This document shows positions 43,746 through 63,364 of a DNA stretch of 64,000 nt, one piece after another (within the stretch, counting starts at the first letter, position 1; each line of letters starts with the position of its first letter). Location of the stretch: the NCBI RefSeq assembly GCF_009914755.1, contig NC_060932.1; one strand, 5' to 3'. Source of the stretch: the human T2T-CHM13v2.0 reference genome, Homo sapiens. The position numbers and the translations under genes are program-made. Below the pieces are notes generated by a model. It was not told where the DNA came from and made no database searches. It saw only the letters and a list, made by a program, of their open reading frames with translations.

Positions 43746-44388
43746 TAACTTTGAACAAGTTCCTTAACTTCTTTGAGCCTCTGCATGCTGATACACAAAA
43801 TGCAGCTCACAATACCTGCCTCAGCATGAGGGTTGAATGAGATAGCGTATGTACAAACACTAAATACTGTTTTCAATAAGGTCTTTTGAATTGAAAAGAT
43901 CACCTAATTTTGTTGCTATTATATAATAACTACATTATTATTATTATGCTTTCAAAATATTTGGCCACCATCTATAGGCCAAGTCTTTGACTTCAAATTG
44001 CAGTTAATATCAGATAAATGAATGAGAAATGTTTATAATACATTTGCATCCTGCAGGAAAGCTAAATTTTTAATTAAACACAGAATATATACATATTTTA
44101 AAATCACTCTGAAGATAATATGACAGAAATGACTATTATTTCTACCTAGAGAAGAATTCCACATTTAAGTAACAGGGCTAAAGTCCTTCCAGTTCTAAGT
44201 TTCTATATACAAGTCTACTCAGGTTTATTCAGATCAATGACTTATCAGTTTTGCACAAATTGCTCCCTGAATCCAACAGTGCAGTAACTCAGTCACCATA
44301 TCCTTCCTGTCTCCAGACACAAATGAAGTGACCTTTACATCTATAACCAAAATTTCTGCTCTTGAGTGCTAACTACATCTTTAGGATT

Positions 44389-44408
44389 TCTCTCTCTCTC
44401 TCTTTCTT

Positions 44409-44457
<49 letters not shown>

Positions 44458-44462
44458 TACAC
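44389..44462. repeat. Compound (TC)n(AC)n microsatellite
   Basis: Directly visible. Confidence 0.95.
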
Positions 44463-45772
44463 GTACAATCCTTCCCTCAAGGATTTTGAGAATGCTCCAA
44501 AACATTCATGTATGCTCACAATTCAGTCTGTTAGCTGTTGACACCATTTGAAAATCTTCTATAGTCTTTCTATCAGGTTCTGATTTCCCTGAGTCAATAC
44601 TTGTCCCTAACATTGCTTTAGACAGACTTCTCATTGTCATTGTTAACAACCCACCTTGAGAATGCCAGTATAATATACAAGGGAGCTGTCTCAGGGAGCT
44701 GCCAAAGCTCGTCCAGTTTCAAGTGTCAGAGATGTGCTGGGTTCCAGGCAGAGGTGAGGAGAGGAAGCTAAATTAGAATCCTCAGACTCATTCATTCATT
44801 CAACATTAATTGACCACCTGCTGCATATAGCAGTGAAGCTTAGTGGTTAAAAGTAAGGACTTTGGTGTCAGACATTCCTGGTTCAAGTAATACTCTGCCA
44901 CTTATGAGTTTTGTGATCTTGGTTGGGTCCCTTATTCTCTCTGGGCCTTAGTTTACTTTTTTGTAAAATAAGAATTATAATAGATCTCTTTTGTGGAGTT
45001 GCTATGAGAATTATATGAGATAATCTATGTAATATTGGAACCTGGATGGAAATACAGCAGTTTTTATCCTCACCTAGGTTCCAGACTCTGATTTGACTCT
45101 GTGGATAAAAATGTTTATTACATCTGCAGCATTTTTTCGTTTTAAATACACCCAGCATGCCCACTCAAGAACCAGATCAAGAACAATTCCAGAGATCTAT
45201 AGGAATATTTGAGAATTACTTTGGGCCAGTGTTCTTTCCATTCATTTAAAACCATTTCACATCCTGGCTTCAGAAGGTCTTTGTTTTGTTTGGCTTCATA
45301 CTTTAGTCTTTCTCTTTGTCTTGAGAAGCCTTTCCCCCCCCAACTTTTTGGGAGTGGTGAAAATTTTAATCCCTTCTTTAGTTATCTTATCTTTACTACA
45401 GTACTCTCAAAATATAGTTTAAATGTGCACATGTCTTTCTCCCCATTGCTTCCATGCTGGTTCAAGGCACAAACAATTCTTCCCTGGACCATTTCAGGAG
45501 CCTTCTACCTAATCTTCCCATTTCCTTTCTAAACATGTTCTATCGTTTTCACAACAAAGCATGTGTATTGCCCATTTCTGTCTTTAAAATCATTCAGCAG
45601 CTTACTGTTTTTTTTAATCAAAACCCAAATTCATTACTATAAGGTGGAGAAGATAACTCACAATTTACTAAAATCTCTTAATATCTTCTTTCCTACCATA
45701 GAAATGGATTTGTGTCAGAGAAGCAGCTGCCAAACCAGGGTTACAGCCCTTTCTGTGGCTACACGTCATCTG

Positions 45773-46328
45773 TGTGTTAGTTATCTATTGCTGCATAACA
45801 ACTCACCCTGGAACATAGTAGCTTAAAACAATTAAAACGTATTATTGCGGAGTTTCTGTGGAGCATGAATTCAGAGGCAGTTTAGTTGAGTGATTCTGGC
45901 TGAAGGTCTTTTATGAGTTTGCAGTCAAGATGTTGGACAAGGCTGCAGTCATCTGAAGGTTTGATTGGAGCTAAAAGATCCTCCAGCCTCACTAATGTAG
46001 CTATTGGCAGAAGGCTTCAGTTTCCTGCTGTCTGATGGCCAGAGGATTTACTTCTTTGCTATGTGGATCCCTTTATAGATGAGTATACTCATAACTTGGC
46101 AGCTGGCTTCCCCCAGAGCAAGTGATACAAGAGAGAAAGCTAGCAGGAATTTACAGTGTCTTTTATAACCCAGTCTCTGAAGTCACAAAAGACCATTCCC
46201 CCCCTCTCTTTTCTATTCATTAGAAGTGAATCATTAAATCAAACTCACACTCCACAGGTGCAAAATTTGGCTCCACCTTTTAAAGAGATTGTTAAGAAAA
46301 AGTCATGGACATATTTTAAACTGCCACA
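45773..46328 (-). mobile_element. MLT1G/H-like LTR
   Basis: tgtgttagttatctattgctgcataacaa...ggctgcagtcatctgaagg...ccaca. Confidence 0.7.
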
Positions 46329-47177
46329 ACTGTGACTGGTTTTCCCAATAGAATGTGAGCAGAGGTGAGTTTTACTACTTCTGGGTCAACTCTTTTAAGA
46401 AGCAAGTGGCTTCTTTCATACTCTAGTTCTCCTTTCATTGGCAGAGTGCAAAAATGTGACTAGATCCAGGAAATGGCAAAGCCAAATGATGATTGCAGGA
46501 CCATAGGTTTCTCAATCAATGTATTAGAGGGAGCTTCCCAACTACCAGACACTTTGGATATGAACTTGAATGAGAAATAGAATCCTTTTGTGTTTGAGTC
46601 TTTATTTTGACGTCTAATTGTTAACAGCAGTTTAACCTACCCTACTTACACTTATGGCTTACAAGGCCTGGCATTAACCAGCCTGTCCCTACTCTCAGAC
46701 CACTTTCCTTGAACCATCTAACCCAAGTTACAACAGTGTCCTTCATGTACACGAGCATCCCAAGTTCTCAGAGTCTTTCCAGGTGCTTCTGTCTCTGCTG
46801 TTGCCTTCTAACATCACACGGCTGACTCCTATCACCCACTGGGACTTGGCTTAATTACTAACTCCTCAGAAAAGATTGGTCTGGCCATTCTAATTAAATA
46901 GGCCTCTACCTTATGCATACCATTCCCTTACTCTATAGCACTTATCATAAATTAGAATTATACATTATTTATTTGTTTAATATCTGTCTCTTGTATTAGC
47001 TCCTTGAGGCTAGAGTCCATGTGTGTAGAGTGTATATATATTTTTTTCTTTTTCAAAATATTCACTTCCTCATCCAATGTGAGGATTTCATATTCCCGCC
47101 CTACTGAAGTCAGATGTGGTCATGTAACTTTCTTTGGCCAATGAAATATGAATGTAAATTACATGTGCAGTTTCTGA

Positions 47178-47606
<429 letters not shown>

Positions 47607-48906
47607 TGAGGTGAAATTTGCGTAACATAGAAATAACCATTTCAACTTGAATAGCTCTGTAGTAGATAGTACACTTATCAGTTGCTTTTGTTACTAAGTA
47701 ACTCAGAACAATGTGAGGCTCCTATTGGAAGAAATTCTCAGAGAATTTGGAAATGGAAACTACTAGGAAATGCCCCCTACCTGGTAGATTATACTGGTTG
47801 GAGGTCAAGACCCCGATGCCCCATCACCCGGGAGAAGGAGAGAAAGGGAAATCCTGGAATTTACTAAAGATGGCTGGGGTATAAAATTAACTATAAAATA
47901 AAACTGGAAAGGAGACACTTTGTATGAATTTAGGGTTTCATTTGAAATTGTAGTTATCCCAAAGAAGGTAAGAATGACCAAGTAACTATTAAAGCTCTAG
48001 TTATCAGAATTTTCCCATTGGATTGAAAAGATTTGGAATGAATGACAGATCAGTTTCTTCTCATACACTCCCACTATCAGGTAGCAAAAGGGAGAAAATA
48101 GCCATGAAAAGAGAAGAGAGGTATGGAAGTAAGGATTAGTGGTGCTGACTGGCTCTCAGTTTTATTTTAACTTTTAAATCATCCTGTCTTTCATCTAGAG
48201 AATAATGATGTTGGGAAAAATTTCCCCATTAGAATAACTTTACCCCAAATAAAGAACAATGAAACTAGCAAACCCTTAGTCAAAATTTGGAGGAACTCAC
48301 AGCTTGAAGTATTATAAGATTACTATAAATTTCTCCCCAAAGCTATGATTTCTGTTTCACAGAAGAAATATGCCCAATGACTACATGATTAGAAGTTAGA
48401 ATGGATATCAGTTCCACCCCTTTTTATTTTATAGGTAAGGACACTGAAAACCCCAACTCCACTCAACAGAAATATTTTTGATCCTGGATAGAGTTACTGG
48501 GAACATATTCCAATAAATCTTTATGAGTGTATTTTTAACATAAGCATAACTATAAGCTAATTCATTCATATAAATTAGCACTTCTGCCAGTTAATAGGGG
48601 AAGAAGAGGGACAGAAATATAAATACATACAATGATCTATTCCTCTCCTCACGAGTTCTATAAATAATATTTCATCATTGAAACAAAACTTATAATACCT
48701 CCTGATACTCAAGACAATGATATTTAAAAGTGGAAAAGGCAAAAGGAACCGAAATGGAAGTAAGGTTTCCATGCTTTACTTGAATTAATAAAGTATTGAT
48801 ACATTGACTGCAATAAGTCACATATATATATTATAATATCCAGAGCAACCACTAAGAAAATTATACAAAGATATGTACCAAAAAACACTATAAATAAATC
48901 AGTGGA

Positions 48907-49225
48907 GGCCAGGCACAGTGGCTCACAGCTGTAATTCCAGCACTTTGGGAGATTGAGGCGGGTGGATCACTTGAAGTCAGTTTGAGATCAGCCTGGCCAA
49001 CACGGCAAAGCCCCATCTTTACTAAAAATACAAAAAAAAAAATTTAGCCGGACATGGTGATGCACACTTGTAGTCCCACCTACTCAGGAAGCTGAGGCAG
49101 GAGAATTGCTTGCACCTGGAGGTGGAGGTTGCAGTGAGCCGAGATGGTGCCACTGCACTCCAGCCTGGGTGATAGAGTGGGACTGTGTCACAAAAACAAA
49201 CAAACAAATCAAAACAAAACAGAAA
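48907..49225 (+). mobile_element. AluS-like element without visible TSD
   Basis: Dimeric Alu with (A/C)-patterned tail. Confidence 0.93.
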
Positions 49226-49591
49226 ACCCTGACACTGGGTAATTCATAAAGAAAAGAGGTTTGGTTGGCTCATGGTTATGCAGACTCTACACTGACATCA
49301 CTCAGCTTCTGAGGAGGCCTCAGGGAACTTTCAGTATAATGGCAGAAGGTGAGCAGGAAGCAGGCATGTCATGAGGCCAAAGAGGAACAAGTAGGGTTGG
49401 GTGGGGGAAATTGCCACATACTTTTAAATGACCAGATCTTGCAAGAACTAGCTCAGAACCACAAAAACAGCACCAAGCTGTGAGGGATCTACCCCCATGA
49501 CCCAAACACCTCCTACCAGGGCCCAACTCCAGTACTGGGGATTACAATTTAACATGAGATTTGGGCAGGGACAAATACCCAAACTACATCA
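49226..49591 (-). mobile_element. MST-family LTR, terminally truncated
   Basis: ctgggtaattcataaagaaaagaggttt...ggggattacaatttaacatgagatttggg. Confidence 0.85.
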
Positions 49592-49949
49592 CATTTCTTG
49601 CTTTCCAGTCACACTAAGTCTTCTTGAAAGAATAGTCTATGCTCCCTTCTCTACTTTGTTGTTGTATCTTACTTATGGCTGCAAGAAACAGACTACTCAA
49701 CTAAAAATTTCCCCAAACAAATTGGATTCTATTGACTCGCATAATAAGCTAGGAGATACGTGGCCTCCAGCATTTGTTTAATGCACAATAATATCTTCAG
49801 ATATGTAAGTTCATTCCTTTCTTTGATTCCCTCATCCTCAGATGGTGTCCTCATGTCTTTAAGAGCATCTCCAGGGATCACATCCTCACACAACTACTTA
49901 GACAGGAGGAACAGGAGGAACAGGAGACAAGGAAGAAGGCTCTTCTTAA

Positions 49950-50265
<316 letters not shown>

Positions 50266-50588
50266 CCCGGCCCTCTTCCTTTTCATCTGTGAGAAAAAGT
50301 TCCCTAGCGGTCTTTCTGTAGTTCCCCTTGATCAGATTTAAATCGCATGGCCATCTCTACTAACAAGGAAAACCACAAAAGCATTTTAAGACTCTATCCC
50401 AGCAGGAGACTCTGCCTGTAGGGAAGAAGTGAAGAGAGTGGCCCTTGGTAAATTGGCCAAGAGAATTGGCTATGCTCATCATCCTTTTAGTTTAAAGAGA
50501 CAGCAGTGTCTGGGGAGTGCAGTGGTGGAGCATGCGAACTTTAAGCCCCTTTTCTGTTTGAACCTCCTACAGAATTTTAGCATATTGA

Positions 50589-51053
<465 letters not shown>

Positions 51054-52949
51054 GTGAATAACCTGTTATCATTCTGCCCTTGGCTCCATTCTCTTCTTGC
51101 CCTGTATCAGCCTGTCATGTCCTCTTTAGATTATAGTTGCTTTGAGAAAATGGAAGAAATTACCTTTAAAATGCGCAAACCCATAACATATAGGTGAGTA
51201 TATAATTTGGGGGAATTTAAAGACCCCCTAAAACCCATCCATCAATCACTTTGGGACTCCCTGATCCATACTCTGGAAGTCCTTGCTCCATGTATTCTCC
51301 CTGGACACTCTCAATAATGCCATGTTTTCAACTGCCATCCAACGTCCCTCACATAGGTAGCACCACCTTAGACCTCTTTGTTGAGCTCCAAACTTATAAT
51401 TTCAACTATGTAGTAAAATCCTTCTCAATGTTTGTTGTAGATGTTTCGTACCGACCTCATCCCAAAATAGACTATCTTTGATCATTATCCCTCCTTGCTC
51501 CGGTCTGCTCCTCCCCTTATATTCTTTCTCTATGTTAATAGGATTTTTATCCAAGCAGATAAGTTCTAAGTATTGTCACCTCCCATTTTTTTCCCCTCTC
51601 CTACATTCAGCTGGTCTCCATGTCCATTCAAGTGTATTACAAAGGCTCTCTGAAACTTGTCTCCTGTTCTCCATCTCTCCTGCAACATTCTGAATAGATA
51701 CTTCATTATTTTCTTCCTGGGTTAGCACATCAGACTCATACTAGTGATTCCCTCCTTTAGTCCCCGCTCCATGCTAACACCAGGGATCTCTCACTACAAC
51801 CAAATTTTAATCACCTTCCAGATTAAAATCTACTGTAACATCCATTTCCAACACAAACCAAAATTCCTTAGTATTACATCCATGTCTTCACATTGTCTGA
51901 CTCCTGTAGCCATCTCCTTCCAATATTTTCTGTCAACGCCCCACATGTAGCCTATGCTCAGACCACTACTGCCAAGTCCCTGAGTAAGCCATGTCTCTCG
52001 CTCCTCCGTGCACCTTATCTACCTGGAATTCCCATCTCCTACTGCTCTACCTAATAGATGTATAGTCACCCTTTATAGCATAAATCAAAGGCCAGCTCCT
52101 CTTTATACCATCCTTGACCTGCCCTCTCTCCTTTCTTTTAATTTTATGCAAACCCATATTATTGAATTTATCCCAGTGAGTAGTAGTTTTTGTCGACGAT
52201 GTTGTAAAACCCATAATATTCTGAGCACTTTGGGAGCATAAGTCATGAGTAATTAAACTTTCTGATTGTCAGATAGCAAATGTCAATATGTTGGTGGAAA
52301 AAAAGAAAAATTTTAGTATGTATGTGGTCTTTTATAATGAAGTAGGTTTTATTTCTTCGGCCAATATTATGTACATTTATTAGTGATTGGAATGTTTTCT
52401 GGGGAAAGGGAAACTTTCTTGGATTTCTGCATGGGCAACTTTGACTTCAAGAAAACCACAGTCTCTGCATTTCAGAATACCCAACACACCACCTATTTGT
52501 TGAATACTACCTCAATTTTGTTCTTTGCTCTGGCAGAAAGTGACCACTAGGGAGCATTATAGTTGCATATATTTCTTTGCACACATTCAAGTGATTTATC
52601 ATCTTAGGGCAAAAACTAGTTTTCAAAACAAAAATATCTTTATATCTACGTTTGCTTAGCCATTTTTTTACTTTTCCAAGAAAATTAAAATGTAAATTTC
52701 CTGCCCCTTATCTCCATTCTTCATACCACTCAGAAATCCTTCCACAAATAATTGTATTTGGAATATTTCCAAAGAAGAAACTGAACTTCTTGTTTCTCTT
52801 GTGACTCTAGCGATTTCTTCATTTATCACATTATCTCCAAGTCTCCAGTTATTTGCAAGCCACAGAAAATATGGAAGATAGAAAATTTTCAACCAGAATT
52901 TATTGGGCACCAGGCCCTGTACCGGAGTGTAAAGGTGCAGAAAAAGTCA

Positions 52950-53447
52950 GAGGTGGTATTACCCACACAACAGGTAGATTCAATTGCCTGGCAGGTGACA
53001 GCCCAATGACCATGACCAAGAAGGGTTTAACAAGGGGATATTATTATTTGCAATAAGGAAGGAGGACACCACAGATAGTTCCCCAAAGCAATGCCTCCTG
53101 GAACAATGGTGAAAACAGGGCTGTTATGAGGCTGGCTGGCTGAGTCATTGTATGTAGAGGTGGAGTCAAGGGAGCTTGAGTGCAGTCACTGATCATTCTT
53201 CTACATGTATTGCATGTATAGAAAATGGTGAATAAGCTCCTCCTTGGGCAGGGTTTTTAGTATGGTAATGAGTTCACCAAAATTCATCTCCAATTCAGGC
53301 ATCTCTGGATCCAATTGGTTTTCGTTTTTCTGGGGCTGAGTTTCTTCCTGGAACTTTTTGAAACAATAAGAACTCAAGGTGCAACAGTTACATGTGGTTA
53401 CTTTTCCACAGTTGTACCCCAAAAAACTTGGGGACCCTGGGTTACAG
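52950..53447 (-). mobile_element. Probable ERV solo LTR (family uncertain)
   Basis: Ends ...gggttaca (TGTAAC on minus) with LTR-like length and composition. Confidence 0.45.
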
Positions 53448-54519
53448 TGGTATGTATCCACCATTAGTCCATTCATACACTAAGGTAAAAAAGATAAATA
53501 ACTTCTTACATTTTTAAGAGGTAATTAATACAATGGAAGAATTTCTATGGTGTTCTTTTATTATGTATATGGCAGCAAAGAAAGAATCTGGGCACAACTA
53601 GGTTGATTATATGACAGTTGGCCAAGCTTAGGGGAGAGAAAAGGAACTTTAGGAAGAGTATACAAAAACAAATTTAAAAGGACAAGCCATAAACTTTCAT
53701 GATTGGAAGCCTATTTTCTACAAAACAATTAACCTGCATAAAAATGTACCTTCTAAATGGAGGAAGAAAAGGTAATCTTCAAACTCTCCTTTAAAAAAAA
53801 AGCAATGAAGAAAAATGAAGGATAACCTCAAACAGGTTGAGGGACAAGTAAGCAAAGGCAAAAGCTGAAATTGCCTTAAGGACAGTCACCCAAAGTTAAG
53901 AGCAACCTCTGCCTTCAAATAAAAGCAAATACACATCTTCTCTGGAAGAAAGTATCCTTAGCTTAGCTTAGATTCTGAGAATCCCCACAAATTAAAACCA
54001 ACCATAGCTGAGCTTATACTCAAAGATCTCCAAACACATAAGATAAGCCACCATGAGTGAAAGTCATTAGAAGCAACAAATCAACAATTTTGAGACTTTA
54101 CTACTATAGATATTAGAATTGTCAGACACAGAATATAAAATAGCTAGGTATAGACAGTTTAAATAAAGCTAAGATAAAAATTAGTCAAAGAGCAAAATAA
54201 TGAGCCCACAGATTTGGAAAACAAGAAAGACAACTTTTAGGAATGAAATAACAGTTGTTTAAATATAGAACTACATACATGGATAAAAGAGCAAAATAGA
54301 CATAACAGAAGTGAATTAAAAGATAGATCTCAAGAAGATATACTGAATGTAGCACAAGAAACTAACACGGAAAATATAGAAGAGAAGTCGAGAAATACCA
54401 AATATAGAATTAAAATACCTGATTTCTAATCAGAGTTCCAGAAAGACAGAACAGAAAAAGTTAAGAAAGTGCAGTATGTGAAGAGATAATGCCTTAGAAC
54501 TTTCTAGGACTAGTTGGAT

Positions 54520-54815
54520 TTATTATTTTATTTTATTTTACTTTTTTATTTTATTTTGAGACAGAGTCTCTCTCTGTTATCCAGGCTGAAGTGCAGTGGC
54601 ACAATCACCGTACACTCTAGGCTCCACCTCCCAGGCTCAAGCAATCCTCCCACCTCTGCCTCCCAAGTAGCTGGGAGTTCCTGGGACTATAGGCACACAT
54701 CTGTAGAGATCGTGTCCCATTATATTGCCCAGGCTGGTCTTGAACTCCTGGGCTTAAGTGATCCTCCCACCTCGGCCTCCCAAAGTGCTGGGATTAAAGG
54801 CATGAGCACCTGGCC
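54520..54815 (-). mobile_element. AluJ-like element with internal deletion
   Basis: Both arms recognisable, linker region missing. Confidence 0.85.
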
Positions 54816-56182
54816 TAATCAGATTTTAATTAAAGTCATGAATCTCTAGATAACACAAAGTACAATATGTTAAGCAAGACATATCATCTATATAATACTC
54901 TGTATCACACAGGGTACAGGCTGAAGTGCTGTAACAAAGAGATCCCAAGTTACAGTGGGATTAGGAAGATGAAATTTCATTCATTATCACAAAACAGTCC
55001 CACAGGTTGGTAGTTTAAGGGGCTAGAAGCTCTGCTCCTCAAGGAGACTCAGGAATAAAGTTCTGCCAGTCTTAAATTTAACTTTTGTTCTGGGTCCTAG
55101 ACAGTTGCTCTGGTTGTCGCTAATTCCTAGCCATTAAGAACAAAGGAGAAAGAAGCCCGCAAGCTTTCTTTTAAGGATATGACACACATGTTGCACACAT
55201 CACTTTGAGAAGAAAGTAGCCCAGCTTTTGACAACTCTGTGGGCTGGCATGCAAGATTTGAAAATGGAGGAGCCCCAGATACAATCTTTTACTATCCAGT
55301 AATTTTCTCACATGGGGATTTTTCAAAGTAAGCAAAGGCTAGGGTGGGGCTGGAAAGAAAAAGAAGTTTCCTGAATTCACAGTCTTACAGTTTGCAGTTC
55401 TCATGACTTTGCAGTATCAAAGCCTCACCATCTAGCAAAACCTGAGTCTAACAATCTTAAAGTTTCATAGTTTAGTTTTAAGGTGAAACAGGCTCTCAAT
55501 GTTTGGTCCCAGGGAACTTCTAAAGGGTGAACCCTGAATCACTTCCAAAGCACTTAATGACATTGAGTCAAATCTGCAACCAAAAGCTCAATATAACTTC
55601 TGATAAAACCAATATCTCAGTCTTATGGCAGCAAGGAGGTTGGGGTTGGAATGAAAAGAAGTAAAACCACCTTGGACTCTTGGTTTTTTTAATGGCCCTA
55701 ATAGTGAGATCAAATTCAAAACACCACCCCAAACCAGATCACATCCTGACTGGTACTGATTAGCACCCCTGTGAGAGCTACCAAAAAGGGTGTAGAACAT
55801 TCCCTCAGCCAGTGGACGAGACCCAATTATATGCTATTTACATGAAAAATATTTTAAGTATAAATGGATATGCAGAATTTAAAAGTACAGAAAAACGTGA
55901 AAACACTTAAGAATAAGAATGTAGATGTAGTTACTTTAAAATAAGATAAAGTGTATTACAATGAAAGTTGTCATCAAAAAGACCACCCCATAATGTCAAC
56001 ATAGTGAATTCAACAAGAAAGATAACACTTCAAAATGTGTATGCCCTTATTATCAGAGTTTCAAGAACATGAATCAAAAATTGACAAAAACTGAGAAATA
56101 GACAAATTAACAATCAGAATTGGAGATTTTAACATACATCTCTACATATTTGATATAAGTATATTAAAAATCAATAAGGATA

Positions 56183-56519
<337 letters not shown>

Positions 56520-56888
56520 CTATCAACCGATTTAATCTAATTTAAATTTGCATAAGTCTACACTAAATAGCTGCAGAATACACATTCTCTCAAGTGCACA
56601 TGTGAATATTAACCAGGATCTCCCATGTGGTAGATCATAACACAAGCATGAAAAATATTTTTATTTTATTTTATTTTATTATTATTATACTTTAAGTTTT
56701 AGGGTACATGTGCACAATGTGCAGGTTAGTTACATATTTATACATGTGCCATGCTGGGGTGCTGCACCCATTAACTCGTCATTTAGCATTAGGTATATCC
56801 CCTAATGCTATCCCTCCCCCCTCCCCCCACCCCACAACAGTCCCCAGAGTGTGATGTTCCTCTTCCTGTGTCCATGTGTTCTCTTTGT

Positions 56889-60712
<3,824 letters not shown>

Positions 60713-60775
60713 TATGATGTTAGCTGGTTATTTTGCTCGTTAGTTGATGTAGTTTCTTCCTAGTCTCGATGGTCT

Positions 60776-61791
60776 TTACATTTTGGCATCATTTTGCAGT
60801 GGCTGGTATCGGTTGTTCCTTTCCATGTTTAGTGCTTCCTTCAGGAGCTCTTTTAGGGTAGGCCTGATGATGACAAAATCTCTCAACATTTGCTTGTCTG
60901 TAAAGTATTTTATTTCTCCTTCACTTATGAAGCTCAGTTAGGCTGGATATGAAATTCTGGGTTGAAAATTCTTTTCTTTAACAATGTTGAATATTGGCCC
61001 CCACTCTCTTCTGGCTTGTAGAGTTTCTGCCGAGAGATCTGCTGTTAGTCTGATGGGCTTCCCTTTGAGGGTAACCCGACCTTTCTCTCTGGCTGCCCTT
61101 AACATTTTTTCCTTCATTTCAACTTTGGTGAATCTGACAATTACGTGTCTTGGAGTTGCTCTTCTCGAGGAGTATCTTTGTGGCATTCTCTGTATTTCCT
61201 GAATCTGAATGTTGGCCTGCCTTGCTAGATTGGGGAAGTTCTCCTGGATAGTATCCTGCAGAGTGTTTTCCAACTTGGTTCCATTCTCCCCATCACTTTC
61301 AGGTACACCAATCAGAGGTAGATTTGGTCTTTTCACATAGTCCCATATTTCTTGGAGGCTTTGTTCGTTTCTTTTTATTCTTTTTTCTCTAAACTTCCCT
61401 TCTGGCTTCATTTCATTCATTTCATCTTCCATCACTGATACCCTTTCTTCCAGTTGATCACATCGGCTCCTGAGGCTTCTGCATTCTTCACGTAGTTCTG
61501 GAGCCTTGGTTTTCAGCTCCATCAGCTCCTTTAAGCACTTCTCTGTATTGGTTATTCTAGTTATACATTCTTCTAAATTTTTTTCAAAGTTTTTAACTTC
61601 TTTGCCTTTGGTTTGAATTTCCTCCTGTAGCTCGGAGTCGTTTGATCATCTGAAGCCTTCTTCTCTCAACTCGTCAAAGTCATTCTCCGTCCAGCTTTGT
61701 TCCATTGCTGGTGAGGAACTGCATTCCTTTGGAGGAGGAGAAGTGCTCGCTTTTTAGAGTTTCCAGTTTTTCTGCTCTGTTTTTTCCCCAT
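60776..61791 (-). pseudogene. L1 ORF1, disrupted
   Basis: ATGGGGAAAAAACAG start at 61791. The span to the normal stop is 1016 nt (not a multiple of 3), and there is a premature TAA at 60938 after ISYPA. Confidence 0.9.
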
Positions 61792-62379
61792 CTTTGTGGT
61801 TTTATGTACTTTTGGTCTTTGATGATGGTGATGTATAGATGGGTTTTTGGTGTGGATGTCCTTTCTGTTTGTCAGTTTTCCTTCTAACAGACAGGACCCT
61901 CAGCTGCAGGTCTGTTGGAGTTTGCTAGAGGTCCACTCCAGACCCTGTTTGCCTGTGTATCAGCAGCAGTGGCTGCAGAACAGTGGATTTTCATGAACCG
62001 TGAATGCTGCTGTCTGATAGTTCCTCTGGAAGTTTTGTCTCAGAGGAGTACCCGGCCATGTGAGGTGTCGTTCTGCCCCTACTGGGGGGGGGGGTGCCTC
62101 CCAGTTAGACTGCTCGGGGGTCAGGGGTCAGGGACCCACTTGAGGAGGCAGTCTGCCCATTCTCAGATCTCCAGCTGCGTGCCTGGAGAACCACTGCTCT
62201 CTTCAAGGCTGTCAGACAGGGACATTTAAGTCTGCAGAGGTTACTGCTGTCTTTTTGTTTGTCTGTGCCCTGCCTCCAGAGGTGGAGCCTACAGAGGCAG
62301 GCAGGCCTCCTTGAGCTGTGGTGTGCTCCACCCAGTTCGAGCTTCCCGGCTGCTTTGTTTACCTAAGCAAGCCTGGGCA

Positions 62380-62634
62380 ATGGTGGGTGCCCCTCCCCCA
62401 GCCTCGCTGCCGCCTTGCAGTTTGATCTCAGACTGCTGTGCTAGCAATCAGCGAGACTCCGTGGGCGTAGGACCCTCCAAGCCAGGTGCGGGATATAATC
62501 TCCTGGTGTGCCATTTTTTAAGCCCGTCGGAAAAGTGTAGTATTCAGGTGGGAGAGACCCGATTTTCCAGGTGCCGTCTGTCACCCCTTTCTTTGACTAG
62601 GAAAGGGAACTCCCTGACCCCTTGTGCTTCCTGA
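62380..62634 (+). CDS. L1 ORF0 (antisense ORF in the 5' UTR), open, 84 aa
   Basis: gcaATGg start; MVGAPPPASLPPCSLISDCCASNQRDSVGVGP matches primate L1 ORF0. Expression unknown. Confidence 0.6.
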   Translation: MVGAPPPASLPPCSLISDCCASNQRDSVGVGPSKPGAGYNLLVCHFLSPSEKCSIQVGETRFSRCRLSPLSLTRKGNSLTPCAS

Positions 62635-62913
62635 GTGAGGCAATGCCTCGCCCTGCTTCGGCTCATGCACAGTGCGCTGCACCCACTGTCCTGCACCCAC
62701 TGTCTGGCACTCCCTAGTGAGATGAACCCGGTACCTTAGATGCAAATGCAGAAATCACCTGTCTTCTGCATTGCTCACGCTGGGAGCTGTAGACCGGAGC
62801 TGTTCCTATTCGGCCATCTTGGCTGCCCTCCTTCAAAAATATTTTTAAAAAGTCATTTCACAGAGTATATTCTCTGACTAGATCACTATTCAACTGAATT
62901 CAAATCAATAACA

Positions 62914-63225
<312 letters not shown>

Positions 63226-63364
63226 AATACAATACAAATATCTACAAAATCTCCAATATATTGGAAAAAATAGTTAAACATCTCTTAACCCCTAATCAAA
63301 GAACAAATCACAAGGAAAATTAGAAACTATTTCATACTAGATGATAATAAAAATATAAAAGAGA

